Source of the DNA: Tubiluchus corallicola
Taxonomy: Eukaryota > Animalia > Priapulida
Direction of reading: 5' to 3'
NCBI GenBank assembly: GCA_030141605.1
Contig: JAQGDQ010000138.1
Location: 248,001 to 312,000 of the forward strand
Length of the DNA stretch: 64,000 bases
Position numbers and translations under genes: made by a program. Shown in pieces: positions 63,596 through 64,000 of this stretch (position 1 is its first letter; every line of letters starts with the position of its first letter). The notes beneath the pieces are model-generated. The model did not search any database. It was not told the DNA's origin and saw nothing but the letters and a program-made list of their open reading frames with translations.

Positions 63596-64000
63596 GTAAA
63601 AATTTGTATCATAGAAATGCTTCGTGTATATTTAGTAATCACTTTACTGTGCGATGATGCCTCATTAGCATTTACAGCTTTTTCTAATATTACATACAGG
63701 AACAGTATTTAGCTACATATTTTGCATACAATGATACAAAACCATCCCAAACATTAAAGTGAACTAAGGCCATTTTAAAATTGATTCCATTCTTACTACA
63801 TAGTATCATCTTGGCACACCTCATATGCATCAGCATTTCTCTGTTAGATGTAATCAGAAAGTATCCATAAGTTTGGATAACACTTTTGGAGAAGACATGT
63901 TGCTATGTGTGATTTCCCTATACATTCAAAGGAAAACAGCATTTATTTTTCATATCCTATCCCATTTTAAAGTATCTTAAAAAGTATACATTTTAACCAC

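Noticed and set aside
1-64000. tRNA, rRNA, snRNA or spliced-leader RNA genes
   Set aside because: No cloverleaf, A/B-box pair or leader sequence was recognised by eye; tRNAscan-SE and Infernal would be needed to exclude them.

Overview
AT-rich, repeat-dense metazoan genomic DNA with GT-AG introns; the overall look suggests an invertebrate, possibly a tunicate, but that is inference only. The one well-supported protein-coding gene is a multi-exon RNF207 orthologue (RING, B-box, coiled-coil E3 ligase) on the minus strand. Its ATG is at 55258, 14 phase-consistent exons run down to 44716, and a probable terminal exon lies at 39863-40394. Near the left end is a small minus-strand gene for a secreted peptide with a clear signal peptide (about 864-2222). 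The rest is mostly transposon debris: Harbinger, hAT, Kolobok-like, Tigger/pogo and piggyBac DNA transposons and MITEs; CR1/L2 and RTE LINEs; a Gypsy integrase relic; and a Penelope-like end with a mutated hammerhead core. Microsatellites and several decayed coding relics (Mab-21/cGLR-like and LRR-like) lie between 17 and 27 kb. No rRNA, tRNA or CRISPR array was seen. All assignments come from manual reading and recalled family motifs; no database searches were run.
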